This document shows positions 11,981 to 23,984 of a stretch of 64,000 nt of DNA, in pieces. Origin of the DNA: Malacoraja senta (lineage: Eukaryota); contig JAXLNO010000944.1 of the NCBI GenBank assembly GCA_038087875.1, positions 62,001 through 126,000 on the forward strand, written 5' to 3'. Every line of letters starts with the position of its first letter. The stretch's first letter is position 1. Below the pieces are notes generated by a model that saw nothing but the letters and a program-made list of their open reading frames with translations, searched no databases and was not told where the DNA came from. The position numbers and the translations under genes are program-made.

Positions 11981-13010
11981 CAATGTTACAAAATTTTGAG
12001 ATTTTAAAAATAAAGTCTGCAATTTATCCCATCAGATAAAGCATAAAAAGAAGTTTAATTTGACACCTAATTCACTTTCATAACTTCAGTATTAAAGAAG
12101 TTATGGCCATTTTCATACTCGGAAATTAGCATCTTGTTCCCTATTGCTTTTCCATTGACTTAACACAAAAGCTGTGATCGAGGACAGTTAAAAGCCCATA
12201 ACTTTCTTAAAAATTAAGATAACTGAGACATTTTCAGTTATTATAGATTGAAGCATTCTGAAACAAATATGAAACAATCTTACTTAGAAGACATGAAAGT
12301 AAAGCATATAATTAGTTAGTTACCTAATTGTAGCTAATTACAAAATTCAATTACTAGATCTAAACATCTATCAATTTCTTAAGAATAGATTAACATTTTT
12401 AAATAGCCTAAGTGTCCAAATAACATTCACACCATAATTCACAATATAACATAATTTTTAAATCTCATTTTCATGAATTTACAGGCCAAATGGAAGGAAT
12501 GTTTAATACCTGTAAATTAATGGCCATTTAAATCATCTTGTGAATGAGGATTTCTGGAACGCGATCTTTTGGAACGTTGATTTGCGGTGAATTTAACCCT
12601 GTATTGGCATGAAAAATACTGCCGTTAATTCGGGGAATAAAATCACCGTGCCGCATGAAAAAATGTGAATTAAAGGCTTCTTAAGAAGCACTTTTATACA
12701 TTTAAAGAAACCACTTTCGTTTACCTGTCCCGTGTGTGAAATCCGTCCCCGTTATCGGCGTTGACGCTTCAGGAGCTGCTTTTAAAATTACTCTAGCGCT
12801 GACATTGACGATTTAATAAAAATAAAAAATACACAAAACGCCACTAGGAACGATTCTTCAGCCAACGCTTGTACTCCAACAAGATATTAACCAGGACAAG
12901 GGAGGAGAAACCCGTGTTTTAACCCCACCCCCCCTTAAAGGCGCCAAAATCGCGCACACGGCCAGTGGCAGAATTACAGCGCAACTGAAGTTAAGTTTTG
13001 TAACATACCT
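11981..13010. mobile_element. Non-autonomous DNA transposon (~1.03 kb) with short TIRs and 8-bp TSD
   Basis: ATGTTACAAAA (11983-11993) and TTTTGTAACAT (12996-13006); AGGAATAG duplicated at 11973-11980 and 13011-13018; splits a Penelope-tail repeat. Confidence 0.78.
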
Positions 13011-13669
13011 AGGAATAGGTGATGAATCCATGTTCGCCAGAGATGCTGCCCGTTCCGCTGAGTTACTCCAGCATTTTGTGTCTATTATGTATATTCTTTC
13101 CACTGACTGGTTAGCACGTAACAAAAGCTTTTCACTTTACCTCAATACATGTGACAATAAATTAAACTAAAGCTTTTGTGTAAATCAGTATCTGCATCTC
13201 TTTCTTTCTACAATTTTCCTGTTAATGCCCTGATAATGCACTTTATTGTTTTGTTATTACTTAAATGTTCTGCCATTATTGAAAGGAATCCAGCATTTTC
13301 CCCAAAACAAACGTTAGTTTATATAGGGTTAAAGCTTTCTGCTTTCAATTCACCTTCTTTCTTGAATTAAGTTGTGGCTGTGATGGTGCCATAGATCATA
13401 GAGTTGTACAGAACATATATTGTCCCTTTGCCATGCTGCAGAACTCCGTGATTCAAAACACCATATCATCTTATGTACCTTGAAAAGCCCCAAAGATAGA
13501 CACAAAATGCTGGAGTAACTCAGCGGTCAGGTAACATCTCTGGAGAAAAGGAATAGGTGGCATTTCGGGTCGAGACCCTTCTTCACTCTGAAGTCTTCAG
13601 ACAGTGCCCATCTATTTAGCTGCACAGCTTAACAATTGATTTGTAAGATTATGCATTCTTATTTTTCAG

Positions 13670-13797
13670 AAGTAAATAGGAAGAAAGACAGGCACATAGG
13701 CCTTATTGCCGTGTGTGTGCTGATATTGCTGGCTATTGTCTTGGCAGTAATTGTTTGGTGGAGAAAAAAGAGGAGAGATAGGATGGAAAAATTGTGA
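13670..13797 (+). CDS. MHC class I-like heavy chain, connecting peptide + transmembrane + cytoplasmic tail exon with stop
   Basis: Acceptor atttttcag|AA completes G|AA (Glu) from the alpha3 exon. Translation: EVNRKKDRHIGLIAVCVLILLAIVLAVIVWWRKKRRDRMEKL*, a ~22-aa hydrophobic stretch followed by a basic stop-transfer cluster. TGA at 13795-13797. Confidence 0.8.
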
Positions 13798-14029
13798 TGC
13801 ACTGTTGCTAGTAAAGGTATTGGGCTTGAAGAAATGATCGATCTCAAGTAGGATAAGGCAGCAGCTACACCTGAAATGCCTCGACAGTCACCACTGTCAA
13901 CTAGCCTTTGTGCTGTTGTTAAATGTTTCTGCTAATCAGATATTTAAAAATTGTGAATTCAGTGTAAAAAAATGTTATACATTATGGATTCACTGCCCCA
14001 AATCCTAGAAATATCAATGAGTCATTAAA

Positions 14030-14710
14030 AAGTACAGCATGCAAGCAGTCCTTTCGGCCCACCGAGTCCATGCCAACCACCAACCACCTGTTCTCATGAA
14101 TTCTATCTCATTGCACCTTCTCATCCAGTCACCCACCCACTAGGGGCAATTTACAGTGGCCAATTAAACTATAAACTGACACATCTTGGGATGTGTGAGG
14201 AAACCGGAGCCCCTGGAGGGATCCAATTCGGTTACACGGAGAACGTGCAAACTCCACATAGATGGCACTCAAGGTCAAAATTGAACCCGGGTCTGTGTCG
14301 CTGTGAGGCAGCAGCTCTACGAGTTGTGACACTGTGCTGCTCTGTTGGGGGCTCGCACTGTTCATGATCCAAGTCAGCTATGAGGCAGATTGGTTGCATT
14401 TTAACATTTACTAGTTTTGTTTAGTTTAATTTAGAGATACAGTGACGAAATAGGTCCTTAGGCCCACCGAGTCTGCGCTGACCAGCGATCCCCGCACATT
14501 AACACTATCCTATACACGCACACCAAGCCAATTAACCTACATACCTGTACGTCTTTGGAGTGTGGGAGGAAACCTTAGATCTTGGAGAAAACCCACGCGG
14601 TCACGGGGAGAATGTACAAACTCTGTACAGACAGCATCAGTAGTCGGGATCGAACCCGGGTCTCCGGTGCTGCAAGCACTGTAAGGCAGCAACTCTACCG
14701 CTGCACACAG
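14030..14710 (-). mobile_element. Two tandem tRNA-derived SINEs (14030-14340, 14415-14710)
   Basis: Both show the reverse-complement head and V-core; the second has a ttagtttaatttagaga tail. Confidence 0.8.
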
Positions 14711-15494
14711 TAGCTGCCACCAAGGCCGCTGTTGCTAGAAAACTCCAAATTAAGTGGGAATGTGAGTAGTGGGAGAAATGGTTCAAGGTGGAAAGCCGAA
14801 TGAATGAGCAACAACATGACAGGTGGACTACAATGTGAAACAGGACAGCACAGAGCCAGAGACCTGAATTAAATACCGACATCGGTTGTTGTATCTGTAG
14901 AGTTTGCATGTTGTTCCTGTGACCATGCGGGTTTCCTCAGGTGCTCTGGTTTCCTCCCACATCCCCAAAACATTGTTTGGTAGGTTAGTTGTCCCCTAGA
15001 TTGTGCATGATACAATGTGGGGAGAGCTGATGAGAATGTGGGACAAATATAGGATTAGTGTACATGAATGGTTGGTGCAGGCCAGTGGGACAAAGGCCAT
15101 GTTTGTATGCTGCATATTTCCATGACTCTTTATGATGTAGAAAGATGCTGACTATTTTTGATTTATAAGATTGGGAAAGACTGTGAGGGACAGTGCTATA
15201 GTAACTCAGCAGGTCAGGCAACATCCCTGGAGACCATGGATAGGTGACAATCTGGTTCGAGTCTCTTCAGGCAAATTACAATGGGTTTTCCTCCGCTTAA
15301 GTCTGATAGTAGTGTACAGATGCACCTCAACCACTGACTTGCTCAACACGTGCTTAAATTAGTTGAATTAAAGTACGTTTGGAGTAACATGCAGCAGTCC
15401 TTAAAATCTACCATTTCCCAAATCTCAAGAGAGCTGGATGATCAGGGTTGTAGTGTAAATTCAGTCATCTATATCACTGGTTTCTTGCCTGTGA

Positions 15495-15545
15495 TCACAC
15501 TGTTGTAAGATATATTCTGGTGATGAATTGCTGTTCAATTTCCTC
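15495..15545 (-). CDS. Candidate terminal exon (EEIEQQFITRIYLTTV*)
   Basis: ctcctttacacag|GAG acceptor; phase 0, compatible with 16317; followed by apparently unique UTR-like sequence. Confidence 0.25.
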   Translation of the reverse strand, partial: EEIEQQFITRIYLTTV

Positions 15546-15621
15546 CTGTGTAAAGGAGTTATTGTGTTGAATATAACAAGTGGAAGGGAAAGTCAGTGTA
15601 GGATTTAGAGTTTGTACATAA

Positions 15622-15915
15622 TGCAGCATAGTAGTGCAGCTGGTAGAACTGCTGCCTCACAATGCCAGAGACCCAGGTTCAATCTGGACCTCGGGTACTG
15701 TCTACGTGGAGTTTGCACATTCTCTTGTGACTATGTGGGCTTCCTCAGGGAGCTCCGGTTTCCTCCCATATCCCAAAGATGAGCAGGTGTGCAGGTAATC
15801 ATCCTCGGTAAGTCACCCTGACAGTGTAGGGGTGGATGGGAATCTATTATGAATGGGCGATTGCTGGTTAGTATGGATTTGGTGGCACAAATGGCCTCTT
15901 TACACACTGTATCAC
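15622..15915 (+). mobile_element. tRNA-derived SINE
   Basis: gcagctggtagaactgctgcctcacaatgccagagacccaggttcaatc head and core. Confidence 0.75.
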
Positions 15916-16316
15916 TGTTTTCAAGAGAGAGTTAGATTTAGCTCTTAGGGCTAAGGGAGTCAAGGGATATGGGGGAAAAGCCAGATAGGAGTATTAATTT
16001 TGGATGATCAGCCATGATTGTATTGAATGGGCCGAATAGCCTATTCCTGCACCTATTTTTTTATGTGTCTATCTTTCTATTAAATAAACTAAATTGGAAC
16101 ACAGAAGGTATTGACTGATGCATCTTCACGCCAGCTGTAAATGTCATAAACTGTGAGAATTGATTGCAAATGTTATACAATATTATAAACTAAACTGGGT
16201 GATCAAAATGACAAGATGGATGAAGAGCAGAGTTTTCATTGAAATAACAGACGTGCAGCTTTCTCGAGCACTTGGCCTTGGTTGTGTAATATTTCCTCTT
16301 CAAAATACAATGTTAC

Positions 16317-16433
16317 CTGGCATTGCTGGTCTGAGACACCATTCAGCAAGTATATTTCCTGAAACGGAGGTTCTGCTTTCATGGTATCAAGATGTCTAAC
16401 AGCTCCAGCACCCAGATCAGAACCTTGCCAACA
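16317..16433 (-). CDS. Candidate exon, unknown product (CWQGSDLGAGAVRHLDTMKAEPPFQEIYLLNGVSDQQCQ)
   Basis: gcattcttag|T acceptor and CAG|gtaaca donor; 117 nt; only frame 0 is open; lies in an apparently non-repetitive island. Confidence 0.35.
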
Positions 16434-17145
16434 CTAAGAATGCAGCAACAATTTAGTCATTGAACATCAACGACATGCATATTTGAACTGAGGCAATCGT
16501 TAGCTTATTTTCACTGTAAACCAGTCGTGGTCATGGGTCTGCCATTGTGGTCACTATTAGTGAGGGTGATTAACTATCATTTAGCAGTGAAACGGAAAAG
16601 AATTGGCTTTTCAAGCCCACGGAGCCATAGAGTCATACGGCATGGAAATGGGCCCTTTGCCTCAACTTGGCCATGCCAACCAAGATGCCATGTTTAAACT
16701 ACAATTTTCCTGCAATTGACCCATATCTCACTGAACCTTTCCTATCTACAGTATGTACTTGTCCAAGTGTGTTCTAAATGTTTTTTAATACCTGCCTCAA
16801 CTCCTTCCCCTGGAATGTTCTTCCATATTTCCACTTCCTCTGGTTCCGAGTAACTCGTTTCCTTCTCACCTTAAATTCTTGATTACACAAGGCTGGTTAA
16901 AAGATTCTGTGCATTCAATCTATCTATGCTCCTTGATTTTATAAACTTCTATAAGATCACCCCTCAGCCTCTTGCGTGCCAAGGACTAAAGTCCAAGCAT
17001 TCTCATCCTCTCCCTGAATCACAGGCCCTGTTAATGACATCCTTCCGATAGTGGAGTGACCAAAACTTAACACAATAGTCCAAATGTGGCCTCACCAACA
17101 TATTGTACAACTGTAGCAGAACATCCCAACTTTTGTATTCAGTAC

Positions 17146-20100
17146 CTTTCTTTTAAAATCTTTTTATTGTTTTTTTTCCAAAAAACAAAAACAAAAATAA
17201 AACATAAAAAACAGAGCAAAAAGAATAATGATAAATATAACAATGGTATTGATACATAGGGATCCGGATTAAACACATTAATAACAGGTATAACCTAATA
17301 TGAGACCAGTGTCAAAATACACAATGAATATAGACCTCGGTCTCTATGTAAATATAGTTAAATCTTTAAAAGGAAACATAAATGTAAAAAAAAGCAAAGA
17401 TAAAAAGACAAATAGAAAAAGAAAAAACAAAACCCCCCTAAACTAAAAAAAAGTTTAAAAAAATTGATAATAAAATAAGAATAAAAATAAAATAAATAAA
17501 TAAAACAAAACAGAGCAAAACCGAATCTGAACTGAGAAATTCAACAATTTAAGTCTGTTTGTCGTCAAGTCCGTTCCACCCTATGAAAGTAAAATAATTT
17601 TTATAACGGTTAAAGAGGGATCAATTTATGTTGTATGAATGTGTTCAATAAATTTTCCCCAAGTCTTATCAAATTTAACCAAGGGTTCAACAATGTCACT
17701 TCTGATTTTTTCTAAATTTAAACATTATATCGTTTCAGAATACCACTGGAGTGTGGTCGGAGGGTTGGAATCTTTCCATTTAAAGAAAATAAATCTTCTG
17801 GCAATTAATGTGGTAAAAGCAATCAACCGATGGGCGGAGTGGGACAAATGAATAGAATCTAACATTGGTAACCCAAAAATTGCAGTAATAGGATGAGGTT
17901 GTAAATCTATACCTAAGACTACCGAAATAGTATCAAAAATTTCTTTCCAATATTTTTCCAAAAGAGGGCAGGACCAAAACATATGGGTCAGTGATGCCAC
18001 TTCAGAGTTACATCTGTCACAGGTAGGATTTATATGACCATAAAAACGAGCTAACTTATCTTTTGACATATGAGCTCTGTGGACCACCTTGAATTGTATC
18101 AAAGCGTGTCTTGCACACATTGAAGAGGTATTAACTAATTGAAGGATCCTCTCCCATTTCTCTATAGATAAAGACATTGGGAGTTCTCTTTCCCAGTCAT
18201 TCTTAATTTTATCAAATGTATCTATTTGTAATTTTAAAATCAACTCATGAATAGTTGTTATTAATCCTTTCTGATAAGGGTTCAATTGTAAAAAAAAATC
18301 CAAAATTTCGGGTTGATGTGGTAGCGGAAAAAGGGGTAGTTCCTTTTGTCTAATTTGTAAATATCTAAAAAAGTGTGAATTAGGTAAGTTATATTTATTG
18401 GAGAGTTGTTCGAAAGACATAAAACAACCCTCCAAAAACAAATCACGAAAAGCTACTAATCTCTTCCTCTTCCATAACAAAAAAACTTGATCAGTACTAG
18501 ATGGTTGGAAGAGAAATTTGGATAAAATCAGATAGCCCAAAAAACTTACGAAATTGAAACCGTATTCGGAACGTATGTCTTATTATTGGGTTCGTCATAT
18601 ATTTATTCAATCTCGTAATTGTAAAAGGTAACGAGGTCCCTAGAATAGAAGCCAATTATAGCCCTTGTAAGGAATCACATTCTAGGTTTATCCATCCAGG
18701 GCATTGGGTATCTTCTAAATCTTTTGTCCAAAATGTTAAATAATGAACATTGACTGCCCAATAGTAGAGTCTATGGTTCGGCAATGCCAAACCACCAACT
18801 TTTTTTGATTTCTGTAGGTATTTTTTACCTAGTCTGGGATTTTTATTCTGCCATATATATGAAGAAATTTTAGAGTCTATAATATCAAAGAAAGATTTGG
18901 CAATAAAAATTGGTATCGTCTGAAATAAATACAGAAATTTAGGTAAAATGAACATTTTAATAGCATTGATTTGGCCAATTAAGGATAAGGACATTGGTGA
19001 CCATTTAGTGAACTGATGTTTAATATGGTCAATTAAAGGAATAAAATTAGCTTTAAATAAATCCTTGTGTTTCTTGGTGATCTTAATACCTAAATAAGTA
19101 AAACTTTCGGTAGTCAATCTAAATGGAAACTGTCCATAAGTCGAAACAAAATTATTTAATGGGAAAGCTCACCCTTACTAAGATTCAGTTTATAACCAGA
19201 AAAACTACCGAATTGATTAAGTAATGCTACTATTGCCGGAATAGATTTCTCAGGGTTAGAAATAAATAATAACAGATCATCTGCATAAAGAGATAGCTTA
19301 TGTGTCTTATTCCCGCGGACAATACCAAAAATATTAGGGGATTCCCTAATAGCAGTGGCTAAAGTTTCCAAAGCAATATCAAATAGTAAGGGACAAGGGA
19401 CAGCCCTGTCTAGTACCTTGAAAGAGCCTGAAAAAAGGGGATCTCTGATTATTAGTAAATACAGAAGCCTGAGGTATAAGATATAGCAGTTTGATCCAAG
19501 AGATAAATTTTGGACCAATCTTAACTTTTTCAAATATATTGAATAAGTATTCCATTCTACTCTATCAATAGCCTTCTCGGCATCAAGTGAGATGACACAT
19601 TCTGGGGTTTTATTAGACGCTGTATATACAATATTTATTAATCTCCTAACATTAAAGAATGAGTAACGATTTTTAATAAAACCTGTCTGATCTTCAGAGA
19701 TAATTTGCGGTAAAATCTTTTCCAATCTCATAGGTAATATTTTGGAAAGAATTTTAAAATCTACATTTAACATTGATATAGGTCTATATGATGTCACTTC
19801 AGTAGGGTCTTTATCTTTTTTTTAAATTAAAGAAATAGAAGCTTCATAAAAAGATTGTGGTAATCTATTCCTTAAAAAGGCTTCTTTAAATACCTTGCAT
19901 AGCCATGGAGACAATAAATTTGAGAAATACTTTAAAAATTCTACTGTAAACCCATCTAAACCGGGAGCTTTACCAGAATTCATTGAAAAAATTGCTTTTT
20001 GTATTTCTTCTTCCGTGATGGGTTCATCTAACAACAGAGACTCATTGTATGGTAAATTTGGTAAGTTCAGTTTCTTTAAAAACTCATGCATTATATTGGA

Positions 20101-23100
20101 ATCAGTAGGAAAATCTGATTGGTATAGGGAGGTATAAAATTCCTGAAAGGATTTATTAATTTCGTCATGGTCTACAGTTACTGTACCATCTCGTTTACTC
20201 ACTTTAGTAATCTGACTCTTGGCCGACACTGCTTTCAATTGATTAGCAAGTAATTTACCAGATTTTTCGCCATTTATATAAAATTGACTTTTGGTTTTAA
20301 GTAACTGGTTCTCAATCGGTGATACTAATAACAAATCATATCTCAATTGAAGTTCAACTCTATTCTTATAGAGCTCTAAACTAGGAGCTTTTGAATATTT
20401 TTTATCAATTTCTTTAATCTCGTCAGCCAATGTGCGTATTTCTTTTTGTGTTTGTTTTTTTAATCCCGCGGAGTATGAAATAATTTGTCCACGAATATAT
20501 GCCTTAAAAGCATCCCAAACTATACCATTGGATATCTCTTCATTAGAGTTTGTCAAGAAGTAAAAAGCAATCTGATCTTTCATAAACTTAATAAAGTTTA
20601 AGTCTTGAAGCAAAGTAGCATTAAATCGCCATTGTTTAGCACTAAACTTGGAATCAGGTAGTTTGATCAATAGTTTCACTGGTGCATGATCAGAAATAGC
20701 AATTGTATCATACTCACATGCAATGACCGATGGAACTAGCCGAGAATCTAGTTTAATGCTGATGTGAGGTACTACATCTCGGCAGGACAAATCAAAATAG
20801 GACGTACATGGTAAATGGTAGAGAATTGAGGAATGCAGTTGAACAGAGGGATCTAGGAATAACTGTGCATAGTTCCCTGAAGGTGGAATCTCATGTAGAT
20901 AGGGTGGTAAAGAAAGCTTTTGGGGTGCTGGCCTTTATAAATCAGAGCATTGAATATAGAAGTTGGGATGTAATGTTAAAATTGTACAAGGCATTGGTGA
21001 GGCCAATTCTGGAGTATGGAGTACAATTTTGGTCGCCTAATTATAGGAAGGATGTCAACAGAATAGAGAGAGTACAGAGGAGATTTACTAGAATGTTGCC
21101 TGGGTTTCAGCAACTAAGTTACAGAGAAAGGTTGAACAAGTTAGGTCTTTATTCTTTGGAGCGCAGAAGGTTAAGAGGGGACTTGATAGAGGTCTTTAAA
21201 ATTATGAGCGGGTTAGACAGAGTTGACGTGGATAAGCTTTTTCCATTGAGAGTAGGGAAGATTCAAACAAGGGGACATGACTTGAGAATTAAGGGACAGA
21301 AGTTTAGGGGTAACATTAGGGGGAACTTCTTTACTCAGAGAGTGATAGCTGTGTGGAATGAGCTTCCAGTGGAAGTGGTGGAGACTGGTTCGATTTTATC
21401 CTTTAAAAATAGATTGGATGGGTATATGGACGGGAAAGGAATGGAGGGTTATGGTCTGAGTGCAGGTAGATGGGACTAGGGGGAAGTATTTATTTATTTA
21501 TTTAAAATAAATTAAAAAAAAAAAAAAAATTTAAAGTTCGGCACGGACTTGAAGGGCCGAGATGGCCTGTTTCCGTGCTGTAATGGTTATATGGTTATAT
21601 GGTTATAAAACAGTCGATCCTAGAATACCTATGATATACATGAGAGAAAAATGAAAATTCTTTGTCATTTGCGTGTAAGAATCTCCAAATTTCTAACATT
21701 CCCGAGTCAAGTAAAAAAGAATTAATAAAATTAGCTGATTTATTTGGAAGCACATGATCAGATGTAGACCTATCAATCGAGGGATTCAAACTGCAATTGA
21801 AGTCTCCACCCATTATTAAAAAGTGTTCATTTAAATTAGGAAAGGATGCAATTAACTGTTTAAAAAACTCAGGGTGATCAATATTTGGTGCATAGACATT
21901 CACCATAGCGGCTTTTTGCCTATAAAGGACACCGGTAATCACCAAGAATCTGCCATATGGATCAGAAATTGTTTCATAGGGCACAAACGGAATTGAGGGG
22001 TCAATAAAAATAGAGACCCCTTTCACCTTAGCCTGTGAATTTGAATGAAACTGCTGTCCTCTCCAAAACCTGAAAAATCATGACTTATCATCTTGCCTTA
22101 CATGAGTTTCCTGAACAAAGATAATCTGAGCATTTAGCCTGTGAAGAACTTTTTAAAAAAAATTCCTCTTAATGGGATGGTTCAAGCCATTCACATTCCA
22201 TGAAAGGAAATTAGTAACTTTATCCATATTGCTTGTAAAAATCATGTGGGATGTAATGGGTTAATTTCTTGAAGCCTAAAAGTTCATAATCCTGGAAGAA
22301 TACAAATCTAGGGCGGAGCCAGAAGTGACGACATTTCAGCCAATTTTGTAGTTCAGAATTTGCACAAATGGAGATCACTAAATAGGGAACAAAAGACCCC
22401 TCCCCCTTCCCCCCTCCCACCCCTGTAGAACCCCAAACTGACCAAAAGACAGTCAGCAAACTACCTAATCCCCTCCCCAATCCCATCTCTCCCAGTAACA
22501 GCGCTCAGCATAAAAAGAATAATATTTAACCACTACGTCATAACACATTCGTTATTATCTCTTTGAGAGAGAAGAAGAAAAAAATACAGACTGGCATGGA
22601 ATGCTGCTTATTATTATCCAAGGTCAAGATATGAAAAACAAGAACTGCGTTCTCTTAGTTTGTCTAACGACAGGGGAACACGAATTAACAAAGAAATTCT
22701 TAAAAGAATATATATAAAAGAAAAACTCGTCCAGTTAAATTCTTAATCATTACCAAACGAAATGTCAAAATAGGAACAGTAAATCTCCAATTATAACTTA
22801 ATCAGCTATCAATTACTCCCCTTCCTCGTCGTAGCTCTTCAGAAAGCTGGAGGCGTCTTGAGGACTGTTAAAAAATCGAAAGTTACCATTGAATAGCCGA
22901 ATACGCAATCTAGCTGGTGATAATAAAGCTGGGCGCAGTTTTTCTTATACAAATCAGACATTACATTATAAAAAGTATTTCTTATTTCCAAAAGCTCGTA
23001 ACTATAATCAGGGACAAACCGAAACTTACATCCTTCATATTCAACCACACCAAACTTTTTTGCTGCCTGGAGAATATTCTCCTTCATTTGAAAAAAATGA

Positions 23101-23720
23101 AACCGAATGATCAAGTGTCTCGGTTTATTACCGGATCTCTTCCCAATCCTGTGTGCCTTATCCATGAACGGAAGGTTTTCATTGTGCTCAATGTTGAATG
23201 TTTCCTTTATCATTTTAGAAGCATATTTTATAACGTTATTTCCTTCTTGGCCTTCCGGCAAACCAACAATTCGTCAATTCAAACCACGGCTTCTGTTTTC
23301 TAAGTCCATATTTTTAGACTTGTATTGCTGAAGTGTTTTCATTCATTCTCCGTTCCAATTTTTCAATCTTCAAATCTCTCTCCTGTCCCAGGGTGCGCAA
23401 GATATCAATTTGATCCTTTTGTTCACGAAGTTCATCTTGTAACAAAGACAGTTTTCCTTGGACTTCCTTCAATTTGGTCGAAAGTTCACCATTTCTTCCA
23501 AACTGCCAAATCTTGTTTTCATTTCATTTTTCAGCTCATTTTTCAATTCATCGTTCAGTTTCGATATTGCTTCCATGATGCTGGAGTCAGAAGCTGTGGT
23601 TGTGGCTTTCCCCCAGTTCCTTCCTTGCGGAGCCTCCTTTCCTTCTTGTCTCCATCCTTTTCACAATTAAGGCATGTAAATGTGTTATCAACACTTTATG
23701 AAAAGTTAGACGGTGTCTTG
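17146..23720 (-). mobile_element. L1/Tx1-type LINE, near full length, disrupted
   Basis: ORF1 remnants (22839..23261, DKAHRIG...PRHLIIRF). ORF2 endonuclease (21595..22026, MGGDFNC...YSRID) and RT (19156..19797, SYRPIS...SLDAEKA...LYADD); C-terminal CxxC..HMFWSC; poly(T) end near 17150. Confidence 0.92.
20791..21602 (+). mobile_element. CR1 LINE 3' fragment nested in L1
   Basis: ORF 20808..21479 is an open CR1 RT C-terminus (EQRDLG...LYKALVRPILEYGVQFWSP); (ATGGTTAT)n tail. Confidence 0.92.
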
Positions 23721-23984
23721 AAGTCAAATAGTCACCAGTAACATTGAAAGGGTAGTGAGGGGAGCAGAGAGGATCATTGACGTCTCCCTACCCTCGGTAC
23801 AAGAACTGTTCCAGAGCCGCTGTCTGAAAAAAGCTGAGAGAATTGCTAAGGACAAACTGCACCCCTCCACATACACCTGGATCTCCTGCCATCAGGCAAG
23901 AGATATCGCAGCATCAAAGCCCGGACTACAAGACTGCTAAACAGCTTCCTGCCATATGCTGTGAGGCTGCTAAACAGCCACTCT

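Noticed and set aside
9693-13797. Assignment as MHC class II beta or W-category chain
   Set aside because: It has PNNDGTY rather than the class II beta NGDWT motif, and the TM lacks the glycine pattern of class II-type chains. Class I alpha3 fits better, though W-category cannot be fully excluded without a tree.
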